64,000 nt of DNA, from contig CBDCVR010000015.1 of assembly GCA_965223155.1 (NCBI GenBank), positions 736,001 through 800,000 on the forward strand, in the 5' to 3' direction. The stretch comes from Candidatus Multivoradales bacterium (GTDB taxonomy: Bacteria > Acidobacteriota > Thermoanaerobaculia > Multivoradales > JAHEKO01). Both the position numbers and the translations under genes were made by a program. The notes under the pieces are model-generated. The model saw only the letters and a program-made list of their open reading frames with translations, made no database searches and was not told the origin of the DNA. Positions within the stretch are counted from its first letter, which is position 1; each line of letters begins with the position of its first letter. Shown here piece after piece: positions 63,395-64,000 of the stretch.

Positions 63395-64000
63395 ATGAGC
63401 ACGCCGCTAGCTCTCGTAACCGAACTCCAACACGCCCTATCGGAGGCTGAAGCTCTCGACCGGCTCATCAACGGCATCCCCGACTGGATGGAAGAGCTCC
63501 ACGCCGAGCACAGCGAGCGCAAGGCCGAGATCGACGCGATCCAGCAGATCATCGACGAGGCGGCCGCGGAGCGCCGGGCCGCCGAAGCCACGGCGGCCGA
63601 CTGCGAGGAGAAGCTCAAGCACTACCAGGACCAGATCAGCCAGGTGCGCAATCAGCGCGAGTACGGAGCCCTGCTTCAGGAGATCGACACCGTCAAAGCC
63701 CAGATCCGGGAGTGCGAGGAACAGACGTTGACGGCGATCGATCGGTCCGACGAGGCGGAGAAGAGCCTCAACGAGTCCCGCGCGGCCTTCGAGGACCTGG
63801 ATCAGCGCTACGGCGACTCGCTGAAGAAGTGGGAAGCCGAGAAGCCGGAGGTGGCGCGCCAGGCCGGCGAGGTTCGCGAGCGTATCGCCAGCCTCGAGAC
63901 CGAGCTGCCCCGGGGCACCTTGCAGTACTTCCGGCGCGTCTTCGAACGCCACTCGGGAAATGCCTTGGCGGCGGTGCTCGAGGTGCCGGCGGTCAAGAGG
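63395..64000 (+). CDS. CT398-like coiled-coil / C4 zinc-ribbon protein, truncated by the window end
   Basis: AAGGAGG RBS; MSTPLALVTELQ...VRNQREYGALLQEID; frame open to the end; the zinc ribbon itself would lie beyond the window. Confidence 0.8.
   Translation, partial: MSTPLALVTELQHALSEAEALDRLINGIPDWMEELHAEHSERKAEIDAIQQIIDEAAAERRAAEATAADCEEKLKHYQDQISQVRNQREYGALLQEIDTVKAQIRECEEQTLTAIDRSDEAEKSLNESRAAFEDLDQRYGDSLKKWEAEKPEVARQAGEVRERIASLETELPRGTLQYFRRVFERHSGNALAAVLEVPAVKR

Overview
High-GC, gene-dense bacterial chromosomal segment made up mostly of housekeeping genes. I infer Acidobacteriota (Thermoanaerobaculia-like) from a recalled lineage-typical C-terminal domain at ~29480-29826; this is unverified. 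In order it contains: two small membrane proteins, msrA and a third membrane protein behind the pyruvate dehydrogenase operon (aceE-aceF-lpdA); a DUF3108-like gene, sodC and a BNR lipoprotein; an M14 carboxypeptidase; a DprE1/DprE2-like pair; DUF1223; a beta-helix lipoprotein; a SUF operon (Rrf2-sufBCDSU) extended by pepF and a sulfatase; an AI-2E transporter; an orphan nucleotidyltransferase; an extensin-like protein; a class C acid phosphatase; acs; a SMUG1-type UDG; dodecin; pckA; an M20 amidohydrolase; an uncharacterised Rossmann protein with an animal-like GDH; amrS; an S8 protease and a giant lamin-tail/EEP nuclease; rpsU-mutS2-dnaG-rpoD-tRNA-Asn; a TPR/BamE-like lipoprotein; a GAF-linker-RomX-like protein with a TPR lytic transglycosylase; tRNA(CAU); and a truncated CT398-like coiled-coil gene. 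I saw no CRISPR array, IS, integrase or prophage, and no unambiguous new system. The best leads are the GAF/RomX-like + Slt locus, the Rossmann protein + antenna-bearing GDH pair with an upstream ~38-bp degenerate repeat, and the sodC-coupled Cys-motif propeller lipoprotein. All family calls come from motif recognition by eye, not from database searches.
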